Source of the DNA: Escherichia phage A73
Reading direction: 5' to 3' (one strand)
DNA: 64,000 nucleotides
Sequence record: OP778609
The stretch's first letter is position 1. Every line of letters starts with the position of its first letter. Position numbers and translations under genes: made by a program. This document shows, piece by piece, positions 1 through 9,084 of the stretch. The notes under the pieces are model-generated. The model was given only the letters and a program-made list of their open reading frames with translations, had not been told where the DNA came from and did not search any database.

Positions 1-23
1 ATTAAAAAATGGAAGGAGTTTAA

Positions 24-557
24 ATGAAAAAGGTATTGAGTATTGAGCCGTTCACAACAACATACTTTGACGATTTGGAACGTCATGGTGATTATGGGGT
101 ACAAGACGCTGATGGTTGGAAAGAATTCCCTGAAGAAACAAAAGGTGACATTACAAAGCTCGGTTGTAAGATCAATGGATCTGAACCAAAAGGTGTTTAC
201 ACCATGTTTTCTTTCCTTGAAGCTATGAACCCAACGTACAAGGGAGATCGGCAATTTGGTTTTTCTTTTGCATCATTCCTTACTTGTAGCTGTGGTCATG
301 GGGGTTGTGCAGGCTATCATGATAATGTGGTTATTCGACGTAAAAAGAATACCGTGATGGTCATGGGTAAAAAGGAAGATGGTTATGACGAAGGTGTTGT
401 ATTGACAGGTGAATCTGTTGTATACTTCGATAAAAAGCAGTGGGACGGTGTTCTAGAACACTACCTTAAACTCTTCAAAGAAAATCCTGATGGTGTTTTT
501 GAAGATGCGGGTTTTATGTTTACTGGTCGTTGGGGGACTAAAAATTTTTCAAAATAA
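24..557 (+). CDS. hypothetical protein (177 aa)
   Basis: ATG at 24 with GGAAGGAG RBS; Cys cluster CSCGHGGCAGYH; no family recognised. Confidence 0.6.
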   Translation: MKKVLSIEPFTTTYFDDLERHGDYGVQDADGWKEFPEETKGDITKLGCKINGSEPKGVYTMFSFLEAMNPTYKGDRQFGFSFASFLTCSCGHGGCAGYHDNVVIRRKKNTVMVMGKKEDGYDEGVVLTGESVVYFDKKQWDGVLEHYLKLFKENPDGVFEDAGFMFTGRWGTKNFSK

Positions 558-569
558 TTTAAAAACTTG

Positions 570-597
570 TTGACTTAAGAAATAGAAAAGATATACT
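570..597 (+). promoter_or_regulatory. sigma70-type promoter TTGACT-16-TATACT
   Basis: -35/-10 hexamers with AT-rich upstream tract; transcript would start at CACATCA just before RBS GAGGAG of ORF 628. Confidence 0.6.
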
Positions 598-627
598 TAT
601 CACATCAAAAACAAGAGGAGATATAAA

Positions 628-1857
628 ATGCAAGCAACTTATCAACGTATGGACCAAACCATGTTCAAAAAACGTATCAGTATCCGTGATATGGAACCAC
701 TGATCCGTCTGGGCGCTTCCATCGGTAAGACCGTGTTCTTTTTTGGTGGTGCAGGTCTTGGTAAGTCTGAAAAAGTAAAACAGATCGCGGACTCTATGTT
801 CCCACATCGTGTAGGAAATAACCTGTGTGATGTTCGTCTGTCCGATAAAGAGCCGCAAGATATTGCAGGTATTCCGATTCCGATCTCTTATCCAGATCCA
901 AAGACTGGTGAAGAAGTTACCCGTACTGTATATGCTGTTCCAAACTTCTGGCCTACCGATCCTGATTGGGAAGGTATCGTGTTCCTGGATGAACTGCCGA
1001 ACGCACCATTGGGTACTCAGCACTCTGCATATCAGGTTATTCTTGATCACGTTGCAGGTGAACATAAGTTCCCGAAAGGTACTGTGTTTGTAGGTGCAGG
1101 TAACCGTGATACTGATGGCGCTGGGACAACATCTATGCCTGGTCCACTGGTTAACCGTATGATCATTGCAGAGGTCGATTATAATCTGGATGTGTGGATC
1201 GAAGATTATGCGATTCCGTTCCGTCTGCATCCGAACATTATTGGTTTCTTGAAGCAGTTTCCAGAGCATTTCTATACTGGTGACGTAGAAAACCGAAGCA
1301 CTCCGGTTTATTCATCTCCTCGCCAATGGAAAACCGCGTCTGACATTCTGTATAAGTACGATGCTGGCGAGATTAATGAATTTATCGCAGAGGTTGCCCT
1401 GGCAGGTACAGTTGGTGAAGGCTTGGAAGTGCAGATCCTTGCTTACCATTTACGTGCTAAAGAACTTCCTCCGATTGAAGATATCTTTAGTGGTGCAGTT
1501 AAAGAGCATAAACTTGATCGCAGCAAGAACGACCTTGTTTACGTACTGGCACAAACTGGTCTGCGTCGTATGGAAGATGAAGTTATGGATAACGATATGA
1601 CTGATGATAAGTTCCTTGAACGTGCAGGTAACTTCCTTACGTTCATGTACAATAACTATTATGCAAACAACAAGGATACGATGATTGCTTTGATCTTGGG
1701 CGTGTTCCGTGGTCCAAACGATAAGCCATCTATCCTGACTGTTAACCCGAAACGTCAGAAAATGATTCCGCTCATGCGTAAAAGTTGCCCGACTGTTTCT
1801 GCCGCAGTTATGGAATACATGACTCGCTATGGTCAACTGATTAAAGAATTCGAATAA
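628..1857 (+). CDS. AAA+ ATPase, MoxR/CbbQ-like
   Basis: Walker A GGAGLGKSE, Walker B IVFLDELP; 409 aa; ATG verified. Confidence 0.8.
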   Translation: MQATYQRMDQTMFKKRISIRDMEPLIRLGASIGKTVFFFGGAGLGKSEKVKQIADSMFPHRVGNNLCDVRLSDKEPQDIAGIPIPISYPDPKTGEEVTRTVYAVPNFWPTDPDWEGIVFLDELPNAPLGTQHSAYQVILDHVAGEHKFPKGTVFVGAGNRDTDGAGTTSMPGPLVNRMIIAEVDYNLDVWIEDYAIPFRLHPNIIGFLKQFPEHFYTGDVENRSTPVYSSPRQWKTASDILYKYDAGEINEFIAEVALAGTVGEGLEVQILAYHLRAKELPPIEDIFSGAVKEHKLDRSKNDLVYVLAQTGLRRMEDEVMDNDMTDDKFLERAGNFLTFMYNNYYANNKDTMIALILGVFRGPNDKPSILTVNPKRQKMIPLMRKSCPTVSAAVMEYMTRYGQLIKEFE

Positions 1858-1861
1858 TCTC

Positions 1862-1890
1862 TTGACAACGAAAAACAGTTAACTTAATAT
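1862..1890 (+). promoter_or_regulatory. sigma70-type promoter TTGACA-17-TAATAT
   Basis: consensus -35 and near-consensus -10, 5 nt after stop of ATPase gene. Confidence 0.6.
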
Positions 1891-1892
1891 AA

Positions 1893-1920
1893 GGGCATCT
1901 CGAAAGAGGTGTCCTTTTTT
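1893..1920 (+). terminator. GNRA-loop hairpin plus T6 tract (terminator/attenuator)
   Basis: GGCATCTC-GAAA-GAGGTGTCC stem (with G-U pairs) followed by TTTTTT; sits between promoter -10 and next RBS. Confidence 0.5.
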
Positions 1921-1937
1921 AATTTGGAGAAAATGAA

Positions 1938-3476
1938 ATGGCAAAACTTACGATTGAAGAAAGCAATATGATTGAAATGCAAGTCTCTGAAGCAGAGCGT
2001 ATCATCGAGGCTGCTAGTCTACAACTGATGCGGTTTAAGCCCTTCTACGGGGTAATGCTTTCGTCTATGCCTGTTAAAAAGGCGACGGAGTGGTGTAGTA
2101 CAATGGCGACTGATGGACGTAACCTGTATTACCATCCAGAGTTCGTTGCAGGTATGACAGAAGAACGTAAAAAATTGGTACTTGATCGACTTTCCAAAAC
2201 TGAGAAAGATCCTAAAAAGCTGAAAGAGTCCACTGAGTTTATTAATGTCTTCTATCGTCGCAAGACTGCCCGTGAGCTTGCTCTTATTCTTGAGCACGAA
2301 TGCGATCATGTGATCTCTGATCATGCCTCTCGCGGTAAAGGATTTAATCATGAACTTTACAACATTGCAGCGGATCATCGTATCAATACAACGGCGGTTC
2401 TTATTCACCAAAAGGGGGATGAGTTAGGTAAGGCATGGTTCCCTGCCGGAGAAAGAACAGTATTCGATAAGAATGCAGAATTTGGATTTATGGCCTGGTC
2501 TTACTGTGATTTCCGATTCAAAGATATGTATACTGAGCAGATCTATGAAATCCTGAATAAAGAGCAAGATGATAAAGAAAAATCCAAAGGGAAAGGTTCT
2601 GGTTCTGGAAGTGAAGAGGGTGATGGTGAAGAAGGTGGTCAAGGTCGTAAAGGTGTTGATCAGCACATGGATCAGAATGGTGATCCAGAAGATTCAGAAG
2701 GTGATGGTATCGAAGATGCACTAGGAATCGACCGTAAAGCGAAGCCTAAGCAAACAGCAGAGGAACGCCAGTATAACGATGGGGTTATGCGTCGAGCCAT
2801 TGAGAATGCCGTACAGGCAGCAGGAAGCGGTGCACCGGAAGATGCTCGTCGTTTTGTAGAAGCGGCGGGTAAACCAAAGATTAATTATCTTCGTTTGTTG
2901 CGTAAAACTATTGAACGTCTGTTCAAAGATGATGTATCATATCGTCGTTTGTCACGCCGTAGTCACTCGTTAACTCGGACTCTTCGTGGCTCGGGTTACT
3001 TATCTGGACGACAGACGATTGGTTTACCCTCAAAGAATAAACAGAAGACTATTCGTGCAGGTGTCTTCTTCGACGTATCGGGATCATTTAACGATGATCT
3101 ATTGCGTCCAACAATGCGTGAGATTCGTGGATTATGTAATCTTTACGACGAATTTGAGGTCACGATGGCTTGCTGGTCAACAAAGGTTGGTAACATCGAG
3201 ACGTATACGAAAAGAAACGTTGGTGAGATTGCTGACTATAAGATCAAAACGACATTTGGTACGGATGTTTCTTGTGTGTTTGAAGCATTAGATGAAATGA
3301 AAGACCCTATGGATCAGATCATCATCTATACTGACGGTTACTTTGCTGATGTATCCCAAAAGAAAGATTGGGCCAAAAAGTATGGTAAGAATGTTCTTTG
3401 GATCATCCTGGGTCGTGGGTCTTCGTTCACCCCACCTTTCGGTAAGGCAATTGATTTTGACAAGTATCTTAAATAA
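1938..3476 (+). CDS. VWA-domain protein with N-terminal HExxH metallopeptidase-like region
   Basis: MIDAS-type DxSxS (FFDVSGSF); HECDH motif; Gly/acidic low-complexity linker; directly follows AAA ATPase. Confidence 0.75.
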   Translation: MAKLTIEESNMIEMQVSEAERIIEAASLQLMRFKPFYGVMLSSMPVKKATEWCSTMATDGRNLYYHPEFVAGMTEERKKLVLDRLSKTEKDPKKLKESTEFINVFYRRKTARELALILEHECDHVISDHASRGKGFNHELYNIAADHRINTTAVLIHQKGDELGKAWFPAGERTVFDKNAEFGFMAWSYCDFRFKDMYTEQIYEILNKEQDDKEKSKGKGSGSGSEEGDGEEGGQGRKGVDQHMDQNGDPEDSEGDGIEDALGIDRKAKPKQTAEERQYNDGVMRRAIENAVQAAGSGAPEDARRFVEAAGKPKINYLRLLRKTIERLFKDDVSYRRLSRRSHSLTRTLRGSGYLSGRQTIGLPSKNKQKTIRAGVFFDVSGSFNDDLLRPTMREIRGLCNLYDEFEVTMACWSTKVGNIETYTKRNVGEIADYKIKTTFGTDVSCVFEALDEMKDPMDQIIIYTDGYFADVSQKKDWAKKYGKNVLWIILGRGSSFTPPFGKAIDFDKYLK

Positions 3477-3485
3477 GGAGGGTCT

Positions 3486-3857
3486 TTGAGCGAGTATACT
3501 TACAAGTTGTCAGTTGGTAGGCGTGGTGTGGTTATGACTATCAACATGATTAATGAGAGTGCGGAGGCTGTGAAGTGGTGGGCCTCCACCTTCAACGGGA
3601 AAGGTTTTACTTTATCGCGTCATAAGATTGAATCAGGAAAGCCGATAGATCTTGTCAAGGAGGACACTTTCTTGTATCCTGATCGTATCAGTGATGAAGA
3701 TATTGATTTCCTGTCCGCTACGGTTGGTAGTCTGTTAGATGAGGAGCCAGATATTGTAAGGTTGCTCTCTTTGCTTTCCGCAATGTGGTCAGCAGGTCAT
3801 GATGAGGAAAGTATGCATACGATGGTAAGGAATACGTTGAGACGTTGGTCTAAGTAA
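3486..3857 (+). CDS. hypothetical protein (123 aa)
   Basis: TTG start 6 nt after strong RBS AAGGAGG; no motif. Confidence 0.5.
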   Translation: MSEYTYKLSVGRRGVVMTINMINESAEAVKWWASTFNGKGFTLSRHKIESGKPIDLVKEDTFLYPDRISDEDIDFLSATVGSLLDEEPDIVRLLSLLSAMWSAGHDEESMHTMVRNTLRRWSK

Positions 3858-3910
3858 CAACATTTCCTTTATGCCCATTTAGGCATACAATACTATATTA
3901 GATGATAAAC

Positions 3911-3946
3911 CCCTCAACCTGCTCGGTTGCTTCGACGGGGTTTATA
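3911..3946 (+). terminator. imperfect hairpin followed by T-rich run
   Basis: CCCC..CAACC-loop-GGTTG..GGGG then TTTATAT. Confidence 0.35.
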
Positions 3947-4016
3947 TATCTATTAAAAAATTAACCACACTCACATTCGTTCGGTACTTAATTTTTTAAG
4001 TCACCACAAAATTGTG

Positions 4017-4045
4017 TTGACACCACAATGAAACAGATGTAGAGT
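4017..4045 (+). promoter_or_regulatory. sigma70-type promoter TTGACA-17-TAGAGT
   Basis: consensus -35; weaker -10; 130 nt leader before ORF 4178. Confidence 0.45.
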
Positions 4046-4177
4046 TAACAAGAGAAGGAAAGTCAATTGGATAAGTTTTACATATACTGTCTAACATTGG
4101 GATTGATCTTCATGATTGTTGGATCAGTGGGTAAAGTTTTACTCAATAGTTTTGGAATTTATTAAGAGGAGATCGTA

Positions 4178-4420
4178 ATGAGAGTACGTCAACATCGTGG
4201 TACATTGATCGAAAGTTTGAAAACTGTTAAACAGATTGAAAGTACAAAACAAGCTCTTGTGGATCATATCAACAAAGAGTTAGGTAAACCGTTTAACTTC
4301 TCTGTTGATTCGATCAGTATTGTGGAAAAAGGAGTTGATGAGCGTATCAACTGGAACAATCATCTCATCCTGATTGATGGATTTGGTGTATTTGGTTATT
4401 GTGATCAACATCCTGTTTAA
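4178..4420 (+). CDS. hypothetical protein (80 aa)
   Basis: ATG with AGAGGAG RBS. Confidence 0.55.
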   Translation: MRVRQHRGTLIESLKTVKQIESTKQALVDHINKELGKPFNFSVDSISIVEKGVDERINWNNHLILIDGFGVFGYCDQHPV

Positions 4421-4540
4421 GAGGTGGTTATGGGTATTAAATGGTGGTTGTTTGTAGTTCCTGCAAATGATAATGCAGGTGGTGATGATAAACGTGCAGT
4501 CGCACAAACCTATGTCTATGGTCGTCGTTAAGGGGTTATT

Positions 4541-4948
4541 ATGGATGCTTTTTTGAGTATAGTCTTTGCACTAACAGTGGTTGATTGGGTATTTATCGGT
4601 ATCTATTTACTGTGTATTCCTTTTGTGATCTGGTTTTACATTGACCTTTTGGCAGGTACTGGCAAAGTAAGTGGGATGGACTACTTCATGTTTATTGTTG
4701 TGATCCTGATGGGACCTTTAGCTTTGTTGTCTTTCCTTATTGCAAACATTGTGGTAAGAGGGGGCGCTATCAAACAAGCCATTCTTTTAAAGGTGAGTGG
4801 AACTGATATCGGTAAGAAGATCATTGTCTGGAACATTACACGTAAGCTTAAGAAGACTGATACCAAATGGGTTAATCCTTTAGAGCGAGCCGTTCAGAAA
4901 CGTCACAAAGTCTTAATAGGGAGAAAACATGGGAAATACAATCCGTAA
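4541..4948 (+). CDS. membrane protein (135 aa, 2 predicted TM, basic C-terminus)
   Basis: hydrophobic segments LTVVDWVFIGIYLLCIPFVIWFYI and FMFIVVILMGPLALLSFLIANIVV; RBS AAGGGG. Confidence 0.6.
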   Translation: MDAFLSIVFALTVVDWVFIGIYLLCIPFVIWFYIDLLAGTGKVSGMDYFMFIVVILMGPLALLSFLIANIVVRGGAIKQAILLKVSGTDIGKKIIVWNITRKLKKTDTKWVNPLERAVQKRHKVLIGRKHGKYNP

Positions 4949-5093
4949 AATCAAGTGGAAGTTTTGGGAATACGCGTTGGTTGTTGCTGGATATCTTTTC
5001 GGATACGGTCATGAAGTGTACTATGGTGTGAAGCATAATCGAAACATGGCGTACTTCGCGTGGAAGTTTCCAGAGCGTAAGGAAAAGAAATGA
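4929..5093 (+). CDS. small hydrophobic protein (54 aa)
   Basis: ATG at 4929, stop overlaps next start as ATGA; below size cut-off of the ORF track. Confidence 0.35.
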   Translation: MGNTIRKIKWKFWEYALVVAGYLFGYGHEVYYGVKHNRNMAYFAWKFPERKEKK

Positions 5094-5611
5094 AAGTCAC
5101 AGAAAGCTTAGTTAAAAAGGTTCGAATAGAAGAACTCCAGGAAGAAAGGCTCGATCCTATCGAGGTTATCATTGAGAACTACGAGAATGGAAGAGGTAAG
5201 CTTATAGTCACCTCAAGTGGCAAGTCTTGGGTAGGCCAATGGAATGCAATGGGAGGTAGTGTAGAGTCCTTCATCCAACGTGTAGATAATGACTACCTTA
5301 TCGGATGTATGGGGCGAGCGCCTAAATTTATTGAAGATAAGGATGAAGATCCTGTTTTCATTAAGAAGATGATCTTGAAGCAACGCCGGACCGATTCAAT
5401 AACTAAAGGGCAGGCGAAATGGGCTTGGGATTATACGGAGACGTTTGCCCCTGACCGTGATCATATCTTTCATGGGGTTCCTTTTGCGCTTCAACCCTTG
5501 AGGGAGTTAGAAGAGCCTTGGCATCTTGACTGGCCTACAAAAATCAATACTGAATATACGCATCAAAGTGAGATTTTGGATGTTGTTCGTAAAGTTATAA
5601 AGCCAAATTAA
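5090..5611 (+). CDS. hypothetical protein (173 aa)
   Basis: ORF in gene-dense + block; ATGA coupling with upstream ORF. Confidence 0.6.
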   Translation: MKVTESLVKKVRIEELQEERLDPIEVIIENYENGRGKLIVTSSGKSWVGQWNAMGGSVESFIQRVDNDYLIGCMGRAPKFIEDKDEDPVFIKKMILKQRRTDSITKGQAKWAWDYTETFAPDRDHIFHGVPFALQPLRELEEPWHLDWPTKINTEYTHQSEILDVVRKVIKPN

Positions 5612-5623
5612 TCACAAAAGGGG

Positions 5624-5652
5624 TTGACGAGAGTCACCCCCTGAGCTAAACT
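5624..5652 (+). promoter_or_regulatory. sigma70-type promoter TTGACG-17-TAAACT overlapping a hairpin
   Basis: -35 lies in stem GGGGTTGAC/GTCACCCC. Confidence 0.45.
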
Positions 5653-5681
5653 TCAGTTATCAAAACAAAGAGGAGAAAGAA

Positions 5682-6302
5682 ATGGCTATATATGCAAAAC
5701 TGAAAGAAAGTAAGAAAAGTTATTTTATTTCAATGGACCCATCTAACCGACGTATGATTGAAAATCATGGTGATCGATTCATTGTTCGACCTTCTGAGAA
5801 TAACGATTCTTACTTACGTCCGGTGGGTCCACGTATTGAGGGTCAGTTCTTAACATCCAGAGATATCGAAGAGTATTTCACATTCTTCCCTCAATGGTCA
5901 GCGGAGTCGGCAGAATACATCGTTAACCTAGCGATCCCAAGGGGTGAAGTGGCTATTGATGATCAGTATCTGCTGGGGGATAAATGGGGTGACTACAAGA
6001 TCAAAACAAGTCATCCAAATATGTGGCGACTGTATAACTCCGATAATCCTGACGATTATGTTATGCTTAAGCAAAGTAATTTGGAAAAATACTTCACCTT
6101 GCAGGAAGATAGCTTAAAAAAAGCATTGGCTAAGTTTGATAATTACACTCCTGCACCTGTAGAAAAAGAACAGGAAGTTGTAGATACGGATGTTTTTGAA
6201 GTGAACATTAAGCGCACAGTCAGAGTTAAGGATGCGGAAGTCACAGAGGACAATCTGGATCAATTCATTGCACAGCTTACTAAACTGGTTAAAGGAGAAT
6301 AA
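5682..6302 (+). CDS. hypothetical protein (206 aa)
   Basis: ATG with GAGGAG RBS. Confidence 0.65.
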   Translation: MAIYAKLKESKKSYFISMDPSNRRMIENHGDRFIVRPSENNDSYLRPVGPRIEGQFLTSRDIEEYFTFFPQWSAESAEYIVNLAIPRGEVAIDDQYLLGDKWGDYKIKTSHPNMWRLYNSDNPDDYVMLKQSNLEKYFTLQEDSLKKALAKFDNYTPAPVEKEQEVVDTDVFEVNIKRTVRVKDAEVTEDNLDQFIAQLTKLVKGE

Positions 6303-6305
6303 AAG

Positions 6306-6620
6306 ATGATTATTGATGAAAGAACACAAGCAGTTATTGACAAGACTTTCAGTGTACGTAAAAGTATTGTTGCAGACATTAGTCTTGAGCGTATAACCGA
6401 AGAGGGTATCGATACTTCTGTAAACTACCCATTGGTGGAAGAAGACTTCTTACGTAAAATTATGAAGCAAAGTTTTACCGATCATGTGCAGGTAGAAACT
6501 AACGAAGAGATGTGGTTAGTCTTTAAACTATCTGCCGATACTGATCACGAACAAGAATTCAATGCGGCATTGGCATGGATTCTTAAATACTGTAATGACA
6601 ATGATCTGGAGGTGATGTAA
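6306..6620 (+). CDS. hypothetical acidic protein (104 aa)
   Basis: ATG 4 nt after upstream stop; RBS AAAGGAG. Confidence 0.6.
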   Translation: MIIDERTQAVIDKTFSVRKSIVADISLERITEEGIDTSVNYPLVEEDFLRKIMKQSFTDHVQVETNEEMWLVFKLSADTDHEQEFNAALAWILKYCNDNDLEVM

Positions 6621-6847
6621 TGCACAAGCTTCCAAAGAACTTTCGATTCTATCGTGATCTGAAATTAAAGTCTGTACTGTTTGTCGAGAATTTAGAGTTA
6701 GAGGAGTTTTATGGTTTTGAATGGTACAAAGGGGATATGGGAGAGATGAACTTAGAGAATGTTCTCAAATTTTGGGGCAATGATGATGGGGAAGGATACA
6801 GCCCCACACCAAAACACGAGCTTTCCCTTGTTGAGATTAGACAGTAA
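6620..6847 (+). CDS. hypothetical protein (75 aa)
   Basis: start overlaps upstream stop (GTAATG); RBS GGAGGTG. Confidence 0.5.
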   Translation: MHKLPKNFRFYRDLKLKSVLFVENLELEEFYGFEWYKGDMGEMNLENVLKFWGNDDGEGYSPTPKHELSLVEIRQ

Positions 6848-6855
6848 CAAAAGAA

Positions 6856-6873
6856 GGGGCCTAAACAGGCCCC
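6856..6873 (+). other. GC hairpin GGGGCC-loop-GGCCCC (weak terminator)
   Basis: perfect 6-bp stem after stop of ORF 6620-6847; no strong U tract. Confidence 0.35.
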
Positions 6874-6952
6874 TATAAGCATAAACAAGCACAAGACGAT
6901 AAATGACCTTACCAAAGATAAAAGGTCCTCACAAACGCATACAGGAGCTTAC

Positions 6953-7771
6953 ATGGCCTATCGTAAATTTGACCCACTAATCATTTATGAAGTTGTCCCA
7001 ATGAGTGTCTCCAATCCTCATGGTTTGCAATCACCTACTCCACTTGACCATAAGACAATGATCAGGAATGCAGAGTACACCTTAAGAGATCTTGAGAACG
7101 AAGAGATTGAAAGTGCTGTGCATGGATTGAAAGACCTGATCCGTGAACTTGATACGGATGATTCTGTTCAAGAATATATTGAAAAGTCAGAGGCGCTAAT
7201 CACGAAGTTTCATGAGTACCGCACTAAGGTATCGCGTATTCTTGATGAAGCTTTTGATCCTTCATCAAAAGACCCGATAAATGATGACAAGGCAATAGCC
7301 TTACTCAGCCAAATAGCTGACGCTACTGACAGCATGGACCCTGGTTTTGTAAGGGCTGATCATACCTGTGTAGATCAGTTTCCTTTAGCCTATCTTAAAT
7401 CCAAAAAAGCATTTGGTAGTCTGGCTTTTGTCTGGGAGTATGAGAAAGATTCCCTTACTCGTTACATCAATCGGGTAGGTAAGAAAGATACTTCAGTTAC
7501 GTTAAATATCTTTTGTGATGGTTCCTTGATGGTCCATAACAACTGGACAAAAGAGAGCATCCTCTTTGGTAAAGAAAGAGATCAGAAATTTAAACTGGTA
7601 AACTATATCCGTTTCGCAACAGAGGATAGTAAAATGGGTAAGTCATTTAAAGAGGAGGACTTTAAAACTTTCTTTGAGGATTGGCTTTCCCCAACAGAAG
7701 AAGAGATCCAACTCTTCAAGGCTGTAAATGGGGATGTTTCATTTGACCTGTACACACTCTTTAACGAGTGA
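6953..7771 (+). CDS. hypothetical protein (272 aa)
   Basis: ATG with CAGGAG RBS. Confidence 0.6.
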   Translation: MAYRKFDPLIIYEVVPMSVSNPHGLQSPTPLDHKTMIRNAEYTLRDLENEEIESAVHGLKDLIRELDTDDSVQEYIEKSEALITKFHEYRTKVSRILDEAFDPSSKDPINDDKAIALLSQIADATDSMDPGFVRADHTCVDQFPLAYLKSKKAFGSLAFVWEYEKDSLTRYINRVGKKDTSVTLNIFCDGSLMVHNNWTKESILFGKERDQKFKLVNYIRFATEDSKMGKSFKEEDFKTFFEDWLSPTEEEIQLFKAVNGDVSFDLYTLFNE

Positions 7772-7887
7772 TATTTGTTTGCTAAAACAAATTCAGATTT
7801 CAGATTCAAAATCTATTTGAGATATTTCCCTGTGATATTTGTTTCATGGGGAATTTTCAGATTTCAATTTGAAATTCTATTTGAGAT
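7768..7887. repeat. two imperfect ~57-bp direct repeats
   Basis: GTGATATTTGTTT..ATTCAGATTTCA..CTATTTGAGATA at 7768-7825 and 7832-7887. Confidence 0.7.
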
Positions 7888-8067
7888 AAATTTAAGACTC
7901 TTGCCACCGTGTTACATCCATACTGTTTCATTCCTACATACCCCGCACCACTAGAACAACTAAGCTGATGCCTCGCTTACAGACACATCCTCCAGATTCA
8001 ATACGTTACTGTTCCAGTGTACATACGACACAAAGCAAACATACGACACCAGTGACCAAAATAATTT

Positions 8068-8235
8068 GAGAACTTGAGGGGTTTTTCATTTTTTAGATCG
8101 TAACCTGAAAGTTGTGAACGAGAACTTGAGAGGTTTTTCGATAGAGAAATTAGGAACTTGAGAGGTTTTTCATTTTTAAGTTTGCATTTGAAATTGAGAA
8201 CTTGAGCTACAGGCCAGATACTTGAGGGGTTTTTC
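8068..8235. repeat. five copies of 18-20 bp motif GAGAACTTGAGRGGTTTTTC
   Basis: copies at about 8068, 8120, 8153, 8196 (half copy), 8217. Confidence 0.7.
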
Positions 8236-8568
8236 AAATTTCAGTTTCATTTCAAAATTTAAAAATTTTTTATATGCACAAAAATATAGGGGTTGTCAAG
8301 GTCTTTGATAAGAAATTTTTCAGGGGGTGAGAATTATTCTCATTTTCAGAATAGCAGGCAGGGGTGGTGATTGCTTCGTGAAACCGTCCTCATCACCATG
8401 AATACATAATATCACCATTCTTGATCCGAAAGCAAGAACATTTTAAAAATATTTTTCGGTAAATTTTGGGCGAGCTACCGGCGATCCACCTTACAACCTG
8501 GCGGCGATGCCTGGTATGTTAGCCCCGCCTTTACGCCGTGGGGATGGCGATTGTTTTCCTATGCAGGT

Positions 8569-8597
8569 AGTATGGCCCCTGGCGGGGCCGTTGTCAA
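8569..8597 (-). promoter_or_regulatory. candidate promoter TTGACA-17-CATACT reading leftward into ORF-free GC-rich region
   Basis: hexamers on minus strand immediately after stop of ORF 8600-8884; spacer also forms GGCCCC/GGGGCC hairpin, so may instead be a terminator-like structure. Confidence 0.3.
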
Positions 8598-8599
8598 CA

Positions 8600-8884
8600 T
8601 TATTTTTTATTTTCTTGCCAGGAAAGAACGCCTAACCAAAAATGCACGTTGCCCCGAGCGTCCTGCGGTATCTTGCTTTCTTTACCGCCACCACACGCCC
8701 AAAGATAACCATCGGTAAACGTATCAAGGTAGTCCATATCTTCCACCTTTCGATCCGCCAGGTTAAGGATAGTATTAACGTCTAAGCCTGTTGCGCTTGC
8801 TAACTGGTAGACCGTGCCGCCTTGCCAGCCTAACGAGTGCATAAGATGCAAAGTAGTAGTAGTAGCAGTAGTGATGGTAGTCAT
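8600..8884 (-). CDS. hypothetical protein (94 aa), GC-rich moron-like gene
   Basis: only minus-strand ORF inside the + block; Thr-rich N-terminus; visibly higher GC than neighbours; own promoter. Confidence 0.5.
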   Translation of the reverse strand: MTTITTATTTTLHLMHSLGWQGGTVYQLASATGLDVNTILNLADRKVEDMDYLDTFTDGYLWACGGGKESKIPQDARGNVHFWLGVLSWQENKK

Positions 8885-8935
8885 GGTGTCGCCCTTTCTT
8901 CTGTTGTTGTGCGCCCTGGTTGGCGCGGTAAAAAG

Positions 8936-8964
8936 ACTATAAATGATCTTCCTTTATATGGCAA
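8936..8964 (-). promoter_or_regulatory. sigma70-type promoter TTGCCA-17-TATAGT for ORF 8600-8884
   Basis: minus-strand hexamers, divergent from + promoter at 8999. Confidence 0.5.
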
Positions 8965-8998
8965 GGAAAAAGAAAATTAAAAAAGATTGAAAATAATG

Positions 8999-9027
8999 TT
9001 GACGTGGTGAATCTGGTAGCGTAGTAT
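8999..9027 (+). promoter_or_regulatory. sigma70-type promoter TTGACG-17-TAGTAT
   Basis: drives ORF 9085. Confidence 0.55.
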
Positions 9028-9084
9028 TCATCTCATCGAACGGCGACATGCCAACAAGTAAACAAATAAAAGGGCAACAACAAA

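Noticed and set aside
7998-8237. Track ORF 7998-8237 (-) with repeated NEKPLKF peptide
   Set aside because: The peptide repeats come directly from the GAGAACTTGAGRGGTTTTTC DNA repeats; the ORF is a by-product of the repeat array.
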